From positions 64,001 to 128,000 of the forward strand of contig CAXXSL010000008.1 of assembly GCA_963675525.2 (NCBI GenBank): a DNA stretch of 64,000 bases, given 5' to 3'. This DNA comes from Anaerohalosphaeraceae bacterium. Lineage in GTDB: Bacteria; Planctomycetota; Phycisphaerae; Sedimentisphaerales; Anaerohalosphaeraceae. Of this stretch, positions 51,156 to 60,269 are shown one piece after another. Numbering within the stretch: position 1 is the stretch's first letter; each line of letters starts with the position of its first letter. A program made the position numbers and the translations under genes. The notes beneath the pieces are model-generated. The model saw only the letters and a list, made by a program, of their open reading frames with translations, did no database searches and was not told where the DNA came from.

Positions 51156-52484
51156 GTGAAAGGTGAACCAATGAACAGAATACTGTTTTCAAGAAAATTC
51201 CAACTCCTGTCCCTGTTAATTTGTTTAGCAGCAGGCGTTGGCTGCTCGAATTCCATCGCTCTTGCCGACACAAAAAAAGATGTATCACATTGTTACCCGA
51301 ATTATATCCTCGAAAACGGCCAGAAACTGCTTGGAAACAACAACTACCCCGCTATTTCCTATTCCGGCGATCGCAAGAACCCTCGGACACTCGAAAATTC
51401 CCCGAGTCTTGAAGACATCAAAGAAGATCTGAAGATACTTTCCGCCATGGGTGTCAAACTGCTTCGAACCTATAACACCATTGAGTTTCCCCAGTCCGAA
51501 CGAATTCTCAAGGCGATCCGGGAACTCAAACAAACTGATCCGGACTTTGAGATGTACGTCATGCTGGGAGCATGGATTCAATGCAAGAACGCCTTCAAGG
51601 ACGGAACGGACCACAACATCGAAGATTACGAATGGAATAAGGCGGAAATTGAGGGGGGCCTTAGACTGGCGAGCCAATACCCCGATATCGTCAAGATCAT
51701 CGCCGTCGGCAATGAGGCCATGGTTACCTGGCAGGCGCATTTTGTTCCCGCTTCTACCATACTCAAATGGGTCAACACTCTCAAAGAAGCAAGAACAACA
51801 GGCAAAATGCCGGCTAAAACGCTGATCACCACCTCTGACAACTGGGCCGCCCTGGGCGGTGAGGAAAGATACCGCAGCAAAGACCTGTTGGAACTGATGA
51901 AACAGATGGATTTCGTTTCGCTACATACCTATGCCTTTCATGATACCTTTTACAACCATGGATTGAAATGGGGCCCGCTGCCGGACGAGGCCAAGTTGTC
52001 TGCCGCTGAGCAGGCCGCCAAGTCGATTGAACGAGCCATCGCCGAACAGAAGATTCAGTATAAAGCCGTCAAAGATTACCTGAAGGATATTGGCGTCGAC
52101 AAAGAGATTCATATTGGCGAGACCGGTTGGGCCAGTCTGGACAATTCTCATTATGGTGGCGCTGGAACGTGTGCAGCCAATGAATATAACGCGAAGCTGT
52201 TTTACGACGCCGCCAGAAAATGGACGACAGAAAATAATTTAACCTGTTTTTATTTTGAAGCGTTTGACGAACCCTGGAAAAGCAATGGCACGGATGGGTC
52301 AGAAGGTCATTTCGGTCTTTTGACGGTTGATGGAAAAGCGAAATATCCGCTCTGGGATTTAGTCGATACAGGCGCTTTTAAGGGCCTGAAACGCGGCGGC
52401 AATGCCATCCGAAAAACCTACGATGGAAACGAAAAGACCATATTAGAAAATTTTCACGCCCCTGTATTCAAGAAGACCCAATAA
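51156..52484 (+). CDS. GH17-like beta-1,3-glucanase/glucosidase, probable lipoprotein
   Basis: AISYSG, LLRTYN, IIAVGNEAM, IHIGETGW, YFEAFDEPWK, EGHFGL; AGVGC lipobox-like. Confidence 0.82.
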   Translation: MKGEPMNRILFSRKFQLLSLLICLAAGVGCSNSIALADTKKDVSHCYPNYILENGQKLLGNNNYPAISYSGDRKNPRTLENSPSLEDIKEDLKILSAMGVKLLRTYNTIEFPQSERILKAIRELKQTDPDFEMYVMLGAWIQCKNAFKDGTDHNIEDYEWNKAEIEGGLRLASQYPDIVKIIAVGNEAMVTWQAHFVPASTILKWVNTLKEARTTGKMPAKTLITTSDNWAALGGEERYRSKDLLELMKQMDFVSLHTYAFHDTFYNHGLKWGPLPDEAKLSAAEQAAKSIERAIAEQKIQYKAVKDYLKDIGVDKEIHIGETGWASLDNSHYGGAGTCAANEYNAKLFYDAARKWTTENNLTCFYFEAFDEPWKSNGTDGSEGHFGLLTVDGKAKYPLWDLVDTGAFKGLKRGGNAIRKTYDGNEKTILENFHAPVFKKTQ

Positions 52485-52524
52485 AGTCCTGAATAAATCT
52501 GAACGGTTCAACGTTTCTAGCAAG

Positions 52525-53835
52525 TTAGTTCAAACTTTCAAGCCAATATTGGACAAGTGCCCAAATGTCCTCGGTTCCTACACTGCCGTTGCAGGAGAGA
52601 TCCGCTTCGCCGCACCAAGTGTTGTAGATGTCACAGTTGGCATCCTGCCAATGGGCCGCAATGTGGGTAAAATCCACAAGGTTTACATCCGTGTCATCAT
52701 CGATGTCGCCGGACTGGTCACTGATACCGGTCAGAAACTGAAAATCGGTGATGACGATTTCTGATTCCTGGCCGTTACTTGGCGCTGAGCCGTTGATCAG
52801 CCACAGATTCATGCGCACATTCTCGCCTCCCGGAGGTGGATCATCAGGACCGGTGTAATGCCAATCACGAATCACATTTTCCGGGGGCGGAGCCAATTCA
52901 AAAGCACCATAATAGCTCTTAAAATAGATTCCATCTGGCCGCCATGTCATGACATGTGTTGTCGTATCACTCGGTCCGGTATAGTTAATATCAAATCGGA
53001 ACAAATTCCCCGGTGTGTCCCATGGCTGAATCACATACTGTCCAATATCATTTAACGGATTCTGCCAGCGACTGAATTCAAAATCAATCTCGCGATAATT
53101 GTACTGCGGTGCATACGTATCCCACGTAAACAAACCCAGAACGACGTTCCGGTCCAAATTGTCAACACGGCTGTTAACCGTAAACACATAGGTTCCATAT
53201 CCGAATGATTCATCCGAAATAATCTCACTGCAATACCATTGACCGTTCTGTGAGGTGATCTTCAAATGAAGATAGTCGCTCGCATCCACCCAGACATTGT
53301 CAGGGCTATCGGAGAAATTGTTCGGTCCCGGCCCAAGCATATCGCCCGCCTTGACGGCCCAATTGTGATGGGCAAACTGTATGGACCGATTGGCTGGTGT
53401 TCGCGAGACAGTCGCATACGGATAGGAATATAACGCGGCTGGAAGATTTAAATCGCCATGCATTTCCCAAGAGGATTGATAAGGGCCGTTCGGAACCAGA
53501 AAAGCAATGATCTTTGTGGCATACGTATCACTGGCGCCCCCGGTTGTGATATTACATACCCAACTGCGGTCGGAATTAATACCTGTCAGGGGGTCACTCC
53601 ATGTCGGTTTGTTCCACCATCCGGAAACATAAATATACACCAGCACTTTATAATCATCATAGATGACACCTGAAACCTGCCCGCTCAAGTCTTGATAGGT
53701 TCCATACGGCGGCACATCGGTAAAGTGGATATCAATGGCATCGCATAAGGCCGCCGGAGAAAACAGCGTGTCCAAACAAAGTGCCAACACAAATAATGAT
53801 ATACTGAAAGCATTCCTATGCATGATCGAATACAT
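52525..53835 (-). CDS. Secreted GH16-like protein with N-terminal accessory domain and C-terminal dockerin-like pair
   Basis: FGYGTYVF, VVLGLFTW, REIDFEFSRW (ExDxE), RMNLWL; GDIDDDTDVNLVDFTHIAAHW / ADLSCNGSVGTEDIWALVQYWL. Confidence 0.78.
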   Translation of the reverse strand: MYSIMHRNAFSISLFVLALCLDTLFSPAALCDAIDIHFTDVPPYGTYQDLSGQVSGVIYDDYKVLVYIYVSGWWNKPTWSDPLTGINSDRSWVCNITTGGASDTYATKIIAFLVPNGPYQSSWEMHGDLNLPAALYSYPYATVSRTPANRSIQFAHHNWAVKAGDMLGPGPNNFSDSPDNVWVDASDYLHLKITSQNGQWYCSEIISDESFGYGTYVFTVNSRVDNLDRNVVLGLFTWDTYAPQYNYREIDFEFSRWQNPLNDIGQYVIQPWDTPGNLFRFDINYTGPSDTTTHVMTWRPDGIYFKSYYGAFELAPPPENVIRDWHYTGPDDPPPGGENVRMNLWLINGSAPSNGQESEIVITDFQFLTGISDQSGDIDDDTDVNLVDFTHIAAHWQDANCDIYNTWCGEADLSCNGSVGTEDIWALVQYWLESLN

Positions 53836-53867
53836 CGAATCTGCTCCTTGTTAAAGAATTGCAATGT

Positions 53868-55811
53868 CTATATGCTCCGGCCCCAGTTCGAAGCTAAGAC
53901 TGCAAAGTCCTCCAGGTTGACGATCCCGTCTCCGCCGGCCGGTTCAATATCCGCCAGCACGCCGCTGGTGCGCCACTCACCTGCCATGATACCAAGATCA
54001 ACAACGTCGACAGTTCCGTCAACATCCAGATCGCCGCGAATGCCAAGAGAAATTTCAAGGTCAACCGGACCTCCGGTCGGCACCGATGTTCCCCCGATCG
54101 GATTCTGACTGATCGTATCTCCGGCCGCAACCGTATTATTAAATGATTGACTGATAACGCCCACTGACAAACCTGCTGTAGTAATTGCCGATTGAGCGCT
54201 TGCCTGATCCATCCCGACAACATCAGGAACCGTCACTATGACCGCAGAAATATTGAAGTAGTTGATATTATAGTCATTCCCACTGGATACAAATCGCATA
54301 ACCTGTGTCCCTGGGGATAATGTGGCGGTCCCGGAAACCGTCGTCCAGTTCTGCCATCCCCCCGTCGGCGGTGCAGTGATATTGCCGGTCTTGTCCACGC
54401 CGTCAAATTCAAGATGGAAGGTGCCGCCTGCCGCGTTTGACGCAACACGGGCTTGAATTGTATAGTCTCCGGCCGCCGGAACGTCAATGGTATATTCCAG
54501 CCATTCACCCGATTCGGTCCATCCGGTGTTATATCCGCCGCCGGTGTCTGAACAATTTTCTATATCAACATCTTCAAGCGTTCGATATTGATTGCCGTTA
54601 TTGCCGGTGTCTCCATCATGGTAAGCAACACCTTCGCCGCCGGTGTCGAAGTCTTCGGCTTCAATTTTTGCCGGTATGACGGTTGGACTGCCGTAAAATG
54701 GCGTCTGCCCGCAGCCGATGCCAACCGTAATACTAATGGTATCTGTACCGGAACCCCCGACATCGTCGATCGCCTTTGCCGTTACCGTATAACATCCATC
54801 AGAAACAGATGTCCAGATAAAACTATAAGGAGATGTCGCGTCCTCACCCAGGTAATTGGAACCCTCATAAAACTCTACAGTTGCAACAGAACCATCGGTG
54901 TCTGAAGCGTCAGCTTCTATCAGAATATCGCCCGCAGGCAGATCGGCATTATTGATCGGATTTGTGATGGAAACCGTCGGGGCAATATTGGATGTGTCCT
55001 GATAGACCCTCACATAGTCGATAAGGTACTGTTGCGGAAAGCTTGCGGTGATACATCCGGAACTTGTACATCCGGTATAATTGCCGCCAACTGCCGCATT
55101 CATGATGATATAAAAATCCTGATCAAAAGGTGCCCGCGGATTACTAGGAGCACCATCACTGTACCATTGGGCACTTGTCTTTGTTGAATAAAGAACTCCG
55201 TCGACGTACCAGCGCATCACATCCGGTTCCCATTCGATCGTATACACATGAAACGCATCCGAGAAATTCACGCCGCCGGGGGAATAGCTCCCCCCTGAGT
55301 ATTGATTGGCCGGCCAGCCCCCACCGTAATGGATTGTACCCCCAATATAATCCGTATTATTGCAGGTTTCCATGATGTCAATTTCGCCGCTGGCGGCCCA
55401 TCCGCCGTATACTTCGTCCGTCGGCATCATCCAGAACGCCGGCCACATCCCGCCGCCGGTCGGAACTTTGGCCCTCGCTTCGATCTTTCCATATAGGAAG
55501 TCCTGTTTGTTCCGGCTGTGGATCTTGCCGGAAGTGTAATCATATCCGGCATCCTGTTCTCTGGCTTCTATAATGAGATTGCCGCCGGAAACACTGATAT
55601 TCTGAGACCGGTAATACTGAAGTTCATTATTCCCCCATCCACACAAATTCGGACAGCCGTTACCAATGTCATAGCTCCAGTTCAACGTATTCAAACTGCT
55701 CCCATCAAACTCATCGGACCAGACAAGCTGATAATCAGCATACCCAACAGCGCAAAAAACCATGATTATTGTCACCATTAATAGTAATCGACACCTAACG
55801 TCAGAAATCAT
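53868..55811 (-). CDS. Secreted GH16 laminarinase + Ig + CBM6 + PASTA + dockerin-like pair
   Basis: GWGNNELQYY, MWPAFWMMP, GEIDIME; tail homologous to that of GH3 40470-43364. Confidence 0.92.
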   Translation of the reverse strand: MISDVRCRLLLMVTIIMVFCAVGYADYQLVWSDEFDGSSLNTLNWSYDIGNGCPNLCGWGNNELQYYRSQNISVSGGNLIIEAREQDAGYDYTSGKIHSRNKQDFLYGKIEARAKVPTGGGMWPAFWMMPTDEVYGGWAASGEIDIMETCNNTDYIGGTIHYGGGWPANQYSGGSYSPGGVNFSDAFHVYTIEWEPDVMRWYVDGVLYSTKTSAQWYSDGAPSNPRAPFDQDFYIIMNAAVGGNYTGCTSSGCITASFPQQYLIDYVRVYQDTSNIAPTVSITNPINNADLPAGDILIEADASDTDGSVATVEFYEGSNYLGEDATSPYSFIWTSVSDGCYTVTAKAIDDVGGSGTDTISITVGIGCGQTPFYGSPTVIPAKIEAEDFDTGGEGVAYHDGDTGNNGNQYRTLEDVDIENCSDTGGGYNTGWTESGEWLEYTIDVPAAGDYTIQARVASNAAGGTFHLEFDGVDKTGNITAPPTGGWQNWTTVSGTATLSPGTQVMRFVSSGNDYNINYFNISAVIVTVPDVVGMDQASAQSAITTAGLSVGVISQSFNNTVAAGDTISQNPIGGTSVPTGGPVDLEISLGIRGDLDVDGTVDVVDLGIMAGEWRTSGVLADIEPAGGDGIVNLEDFAVLASNWGRSI

Positions 55812-55989
55812 AGTTTTCCTTTCAACATACCTGTCTCGGAATTCGTTATATTCTCTCTTAAAAACATAGTATCACCTGGCATCACTTAAGGAGGCATCTG
55901 CTGATCCACCAACAGGACAAAAATCACCCACCTATTACATCTCTTCCAAAACCTTATCGGATTTATGAAACACGACTAATTATACGAAA

Positions 55990-56067
55990 ATTATACCGGT
56001 TCCTTAAATTCCAATCAAGCAAAAACTGGAAATAGTGCTGATTTTTAACATTAGCAAGCGGTTTCTA
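55990..56067 (-). promoter_or_regulatory. sigma70 promoter with upstream LacI-type operator
   Basis: Minus TTGATT(56018-13)-N17-TATAAT(55995-90); operator TAGCAAGCGGTTTCTA (56052-67). Confidence 0.72.
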
Positions 56068-56363
56068 CCGAGTGAGGCCGAGAGTCCTTTGGGTGTTTTA
56101 CCTGAGGAAACAAAACCCCATAAAATTCTTGATGACCTGTATTTAGGGTTGTTCATTCTCCGCTTAAGGCGGACGAAAAACCAATGTAACTGAAAGGAGT
56201 GTCTTGGTCGCCAATCAATCACATATTTCGCATCTCCTGTGTCCTTTTTTGTCAATATAAGATGCGTCTGACAAGGAAAACAAATCAGCTTCAATTAAAG
56301 CTAACCCGACTTTGCCTCTACGCTGTCCAATCTCTGCTCAGTATTTTTTCTTGGCTTCTGGCA

Positions 56364-57848
56364 TTAAGGCTGCAACTGATACACACGTACATAATCTACA
56401 TACATAGACTGCGGAAAGACCGATGAACCATCCGGATCGCCGGGCCAATCTCCACCGACAGCAACATTCAATATAAAAAAGAAGTTTTTATTAAACGGTG
56501 CAGGGAAAGCGCCTTCAGCGCTCCACCAGCTTTCCATACTGCCAATTAGAACCCCATCGACAAAGAACTTAAATATGTCAGGTTCCCACTCCATACCATA
56601 GATATGAAAATCATTGGCAAAGCTTCCGCCACCGGGCAGATAATAATTAGCGGTTCCTGCTGAATCGTGCGTATAAGGATCGTTGCTTCCGAAGTGAAGC
56701 GAGCTTTTCACCCAGGTAGGAACATTGATTGCTTCCATAATATCGATCTCTCCGCCCTGGGGCCATCCGGAACTGGTATTATTCGGCATCATCCAGAATG
56801 CAGGCCAAACTCCCTGTGTCGAAGGAAGTTTTATCCTTGCTTCCATTTTGCCGTATGTCCAGAATTGTTTGTTCTGAGTAGTCATACGGGCAGAGGTGTG
56901 GTTACGATTGCCATATACCTCTTCTCTCGCTTCTATAACAAGGTTTCCGTTTTCTACACGTGCATTTTCGGGTCTGCTTGTGTAATACTGGATTTCATTG
57001 TTATACCAGTTTCCGCCAGTTTCAAAATTCCAATTTGTAGTGTCGATGCTGGTCCCGTCAAATTCGTCCGACCAGACAAGATCATAACCCGGATAGGGAT
57101 CGGCCGAAGGACTCCATGCGCTAAAAAATACAGCAAGATCTTCCAAATCAATTGTATTCGTTCCGGCCAAATTATATGTGCTGGAAGTCTGATTCCACTC
57201 TCTGGCCAGGTTCAGGAAATCAAGCAGATCAACCCTAAGGTTATTGTCGTAATCCGGACTATTGATCCTGTGTTCGGATTCCAAAACAATATTATCCCAA
57301 TAAGCTTTGCCTGTTGAGGTGCCGCCGGTCGAGATTGTTTGGCAAATGATCCTCGCTTCTGTTGTTCCAACCGGAGCCGTTACGGTATCAGAAAATGTAT
57401 ACCATGTTGCAGCAGAATGAATTGGCGTCAGTGCTCCAACTTGATTTTCGTCTAATTTGGAGCCCGCTGGATGAGGACCGTCCCAAAACTCAATCTTTAA
57501 TATGGCATTTTTATTAACCAGGACTTCAGTAGCATGATAGATCATCTCGCCCGAAATATCGAATTGCTCCCCCTCAGAAGCATTAACAACCTGGATGCAG
57601 CCTGTATCGTTATCCCATATAGCAATCCCGTAACCGTCACGTCTGTACCCGGGATCCGAGTGATGCCAGCCGTTTTGATTCCACCCGGTCCAACCATCCG
57701 GGTACCCATTAGCAAAACTGCCCTTAACCGCACCACTTTCAAAATCCCCATTAACAAGTATGTTTTGAGCAAACACTGAAACTGATAATGACAGGATAAT
57801 GGTAAACCATTTCGTCGGCATATACACCCTCGATTTAACACAATACAA
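56364..57848 (-). CDS. Secreted CBM-like + dockerin-like + GH16 laminarinase
   Basis: NILVNGDFE; PDYDNNLRVDLLDFLNLAREW; WYNNEIQYY, VWPAFWMMP, GEIDIME. Confidence 0.9.
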   Translation of the reverse strand: MYCVKSRVYMPTKWFTIILSLSVSVFAQNILVNGDFESGAVKGSFANGYPDGWTGWNQNGWHHSDPGYRRDGYGIAIWDNDTGCIQVVNASEGEQFDISGEMIYHATEVLVNKNAILKIEFWDGPHPAGSKLDENQVGALTPIHSAATWYTFSDTVTAPVGTTEARIICQTISTGGTSTGKAYWDNIVLESEHRINSPDYDNNLRVDLLDFLNLAREWNQTSSTYNLAGTNTIDLEDLAVFFSAWSPSADPYPGYDLVWSDEFDGTSIDTTNWNFETGGNWYNNEIQYYTSRPENARVENGNLVIEAREEVYGNRNHTSARMTTQNKQFWTYGKMEARIKLPSTQGVWPAFWMMPNNTSSGWPQGGEIDIMEAINVPTWVKSSLHFGSNDPYTHDSAGTANYYLPGGGSFANDFHIYGMEWEPDIFKFFVDGVLIGSMESWWSAEGAFPAPFNKNFFFILNVAVGGDWPGDPDGSSVFPQSMYVDYVRVYQLQP

Positions 57849-57874
57849 ATACAGAGTTACATTGTCCTATTAAC

Positions 57875-57953
57875 ATTATACCAGATTTGTTCAAACAACG
57901 CAACTCCCTGTTGACATATAAAACAAAAAATATATAATAGCAATCGGTTTCTA
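57875..57953. promoter_or_regulatory. Divergent sigma70 promoters with LacI-type operator
   Basis: Plus TTGACA(57911-16)-N16-TATAAT(57933-38) overlapping TAGCAATCGGTTTCTA (57938-53). Minus TTGCGT(57903-898)-N17-TATAAT(57880-75). Confidence 0.85.
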
Positions 57954-57988
57954 TTCAATAGACTTCGTTCCTGAAAAGAAAGGTTCAG

Positions 57989-60205
57989 ATGCGATCTAAA
58001 TTAATGGTAACGGTCTTTGTCTTATTGGCATGTGTCCAACTCGGTTGTCAGCAGCAATCAAATCGGACCAAAAACCTCGACTCGGTTATCGAAGCTAAAA
58101 TTGATGTCCTGCTTACAAAAATGACATTTGAAGAAAAGGCCGGCCAGATGAGCCAGGTCAGCGAGTCCGGAGAGGATGGCCCAAGCGACATTGAAAATGA
58201 AGTTAGAAAAGGGAATCTCGGTTCATTTTTGAATGTCTTTGATCTTGAAAAGCGGAATAAACTTCAGAAAATAGCTGTCGAAGAGAGCCGGCTTGGCATT
58301 CCTCTGATCTTTGGTGCTGACGTCATCCACGGACACCGAACCGTTTTTCCCGTTCCACTGGGAGAAGCGTCAAGCTGGAATCTTGACCTGATGGAAAAAA
58401 CCGCGGCAATCGCCGCAAAAGAAGCACGCGCGGTCGGGATTGACTGGACATTTTCGCCCATGGTCGACATTGCATGTGACCCGCGATGGGGCCGGATCGT
58501 CGAAGGGGCCGGTGAAGATCCCTATCTGGGCTCACTTATCGCGCGGGCAAAGGTCAGAGGTTATCAGGGCAGTGACCTGTCCGCCTCCGATACGATTGCT
58601 GCATGCTTAAAACATTTTGCCGTTTATGGAGCCGCGCAGGCCGGACGTGAATACAGCACAACCGAAGTCCCTCTGCGGACCATCAGAGATGTCTATCTGC
58701 CGCCATTCAAGGCCGGCGTCGAAGAAGGAGCCGCGACATTGATGAGCGGTTTTAATGATCTTAATGGGGTTCCGGCAAGCGGAAACAAATTTCTACTTAC
58801 TGATATCCTTCGATATGAATGGGGCTTTAACGGCTTCGTTGTCAGTGATTGGCGATCCGTTAAGCAACTGATTCAGCATGGCGTTGCAGAAGACGAATCA
58901 CAAGCCGCTATTTTAGGTGTCACGGCAGGCGTTGATATGGAAATGGTCAGCCGGACCTATATGGACTATCTGCCCCAACTTGTCAGAGAAGGCAAAATAT
59001 CTGAAAAAGTTCTCGATACGACTGTTCGCAGAATCCTTCGTGTCAAATTTCGGTTAGGACTGTTTGATCATCCGTATGTCGATCCGAAATTGCAGGACAC
59101 AGTGATCCTGGCACCGGAACACCGCGCCCTTGCAAGGCAAGCCGTCCGGGAATCGATGGTTCTGCTGAAAAACGAAGACAATTTGCTGCCGCTTGATAAG
59201 AATATCAAGTCCATCGCCCTGATAGGCCCCCTGGCTGACAACCAGGAAGATCTTCTCGGCACATGGGCATTGGCGGGAAAAAGTGAAGATGTGGTCACGG
59301 TGCTGCAGGGCCTCAAAGATGCTCTTGATAGTTGTAAGATCAATTATGCAAAAGGCTGCGACGCTGACAGCGATTCAACGGAAGGCTTTACGGAGGCCGT
59401 CAATGCCGCTGACGAGTCCGATCTTGTTATTATGGCTGTCGGTGAAAGCGTCATGCACAATGGTGAATCACATAGTCGTACGAATCTCAATCTACCCGGC
59501 GTCCAGATTGAACTGCTAAGGAAGGTTCAAAAAACCGGAAAGCCGATCGTGATGCTTTTATTTGCAGGACGCCCCCTGACGATCAATTGGGAACTTGAAA
59601 ACATCCCTTCGATCCTTCTGGCATGGCATCCGGGCGTCGAAGGCGGAAACGGGATCGCTGATGTTATGCTTGGCGATTATAACCCCGCCGGCAAACTCAC
59701 CGTCACTTTCCCGCGTAACGTCGGCCAGATACCGATCTATTACAACATGAAAAACACAGGCCGCCCATTTATTGAAGACGACCGGTTTACGTCTAAGTAT
59801 ATCGACTCGCCCAATACACCGCTGTTGCCGTTCGGGTACGGCCTTAGCTATACGACATTTGCTTACAGTCACCTGAAGATTGAAAACAAACGAGTGAAAA
59901 TACCGGGAGTTATTAAAATATCTGCTGATGTTACTAACACCGGCAAGACGGCAGGCTACGAGATTGCTCAACTGTACATTCGTGATATGGTCGGATCTGT
60001 TACACGTCCGGTCAAAGAACTTAAAGGTTTCCAACGAATATATCTAAATCCCGGCGAAACAAAAACCGTCACCTTTGAACTCCCAACAAACAATTTGAAA
60101 TTTTACGACATCAATATGGAATACACTGTCGAACCGGGTGATTTTACGATCTGGATTGGACCAAATTCCACAGAAGGGCTCGAGGGAAGTTTTGAATTGC
60201 TTTGA
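57989..60205 (+). CDS. bglX: GH3 beta-glucosidase (BglX-like), probable lipoprotein
   Basis: ESRLGIPLIFGADVIHG, PRWGRIVEGAGEDP, LKHF, VVSDW, C-terminal Fn3-like RPVKELKGF; QLGC lipobox-like. Confidence 0.9.
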   Translation: MRSKLMVTVFVLLACVQLGCQQQSNRTKNLDSVIEAKIDVLLTKMTFEEKAGQMSQVSESGEDGPSDIENEVRKGNLGSFLNVFDLEKRNKLQKIAVEESRLGIPLIFGADVIHGHRTVFPVPLGEASSWNLDLMEKTAAIAAKEARAVGIDWTFSPMVDIACDPRWGRIVEGAGEDPYLGSLIARAKVRGYQGSDLSASDTIAACLKHFAVYGAAQAGREYSTTEVPLRTIRDVYLPPFKAGVEEGAATLMSGFNDLNGVPASGNKFLLTDILRYEWGFNGFVVSDWRSVKQLIQHGVAEDESQAAILGVTAGVDMEMVSRTYMDYLPQLVREGKISEKVLDTTVRRILRVKFRLGLFDHPYVDPKLQDTVILAPEHRALARQAVRESMVLLKNEDNLLPLDKNIKSIALIGPLADNQEDLLGTWALAGKSEDVVTVLQGLKDALDSCKINYAKGCDADSDSTEGFTEAVNAADESDLVIMAVGESVMHNGESHSRTNLNLPGVQIELLRKVQKTGKPIVMLLFAGRPLTINWELENIPSILLAWHPGVEGGNGIADVMLGDYNPAGKLTVTFPRNVGQIPIYYNMKNTGRPFIEDDRFTSKYIDSPNTPLLPFGYGLSYTTFAYSHLKIENKRVKIPGVIKISADVTNTGKTAGYEIAQLYIRDMVGSVTRPVKELKGFQRIYLNPGETKTVTFELPTNNLKFYDINMEYTVEPGDFTIWIGPNSTEGLEGSFELL

Positions 60206-60269
60206 AAAAGTGCCATCGCTAATACGAGCCGCCAATACATATTTTTAGAACCTGTTTGGGAAAATCATT

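Noticed and set aside
56004..56426. Small ORFs (96 aa minus, 75 aa plus)
   Set aside because: They overlap promoter/operator elements and show no protein-like features.
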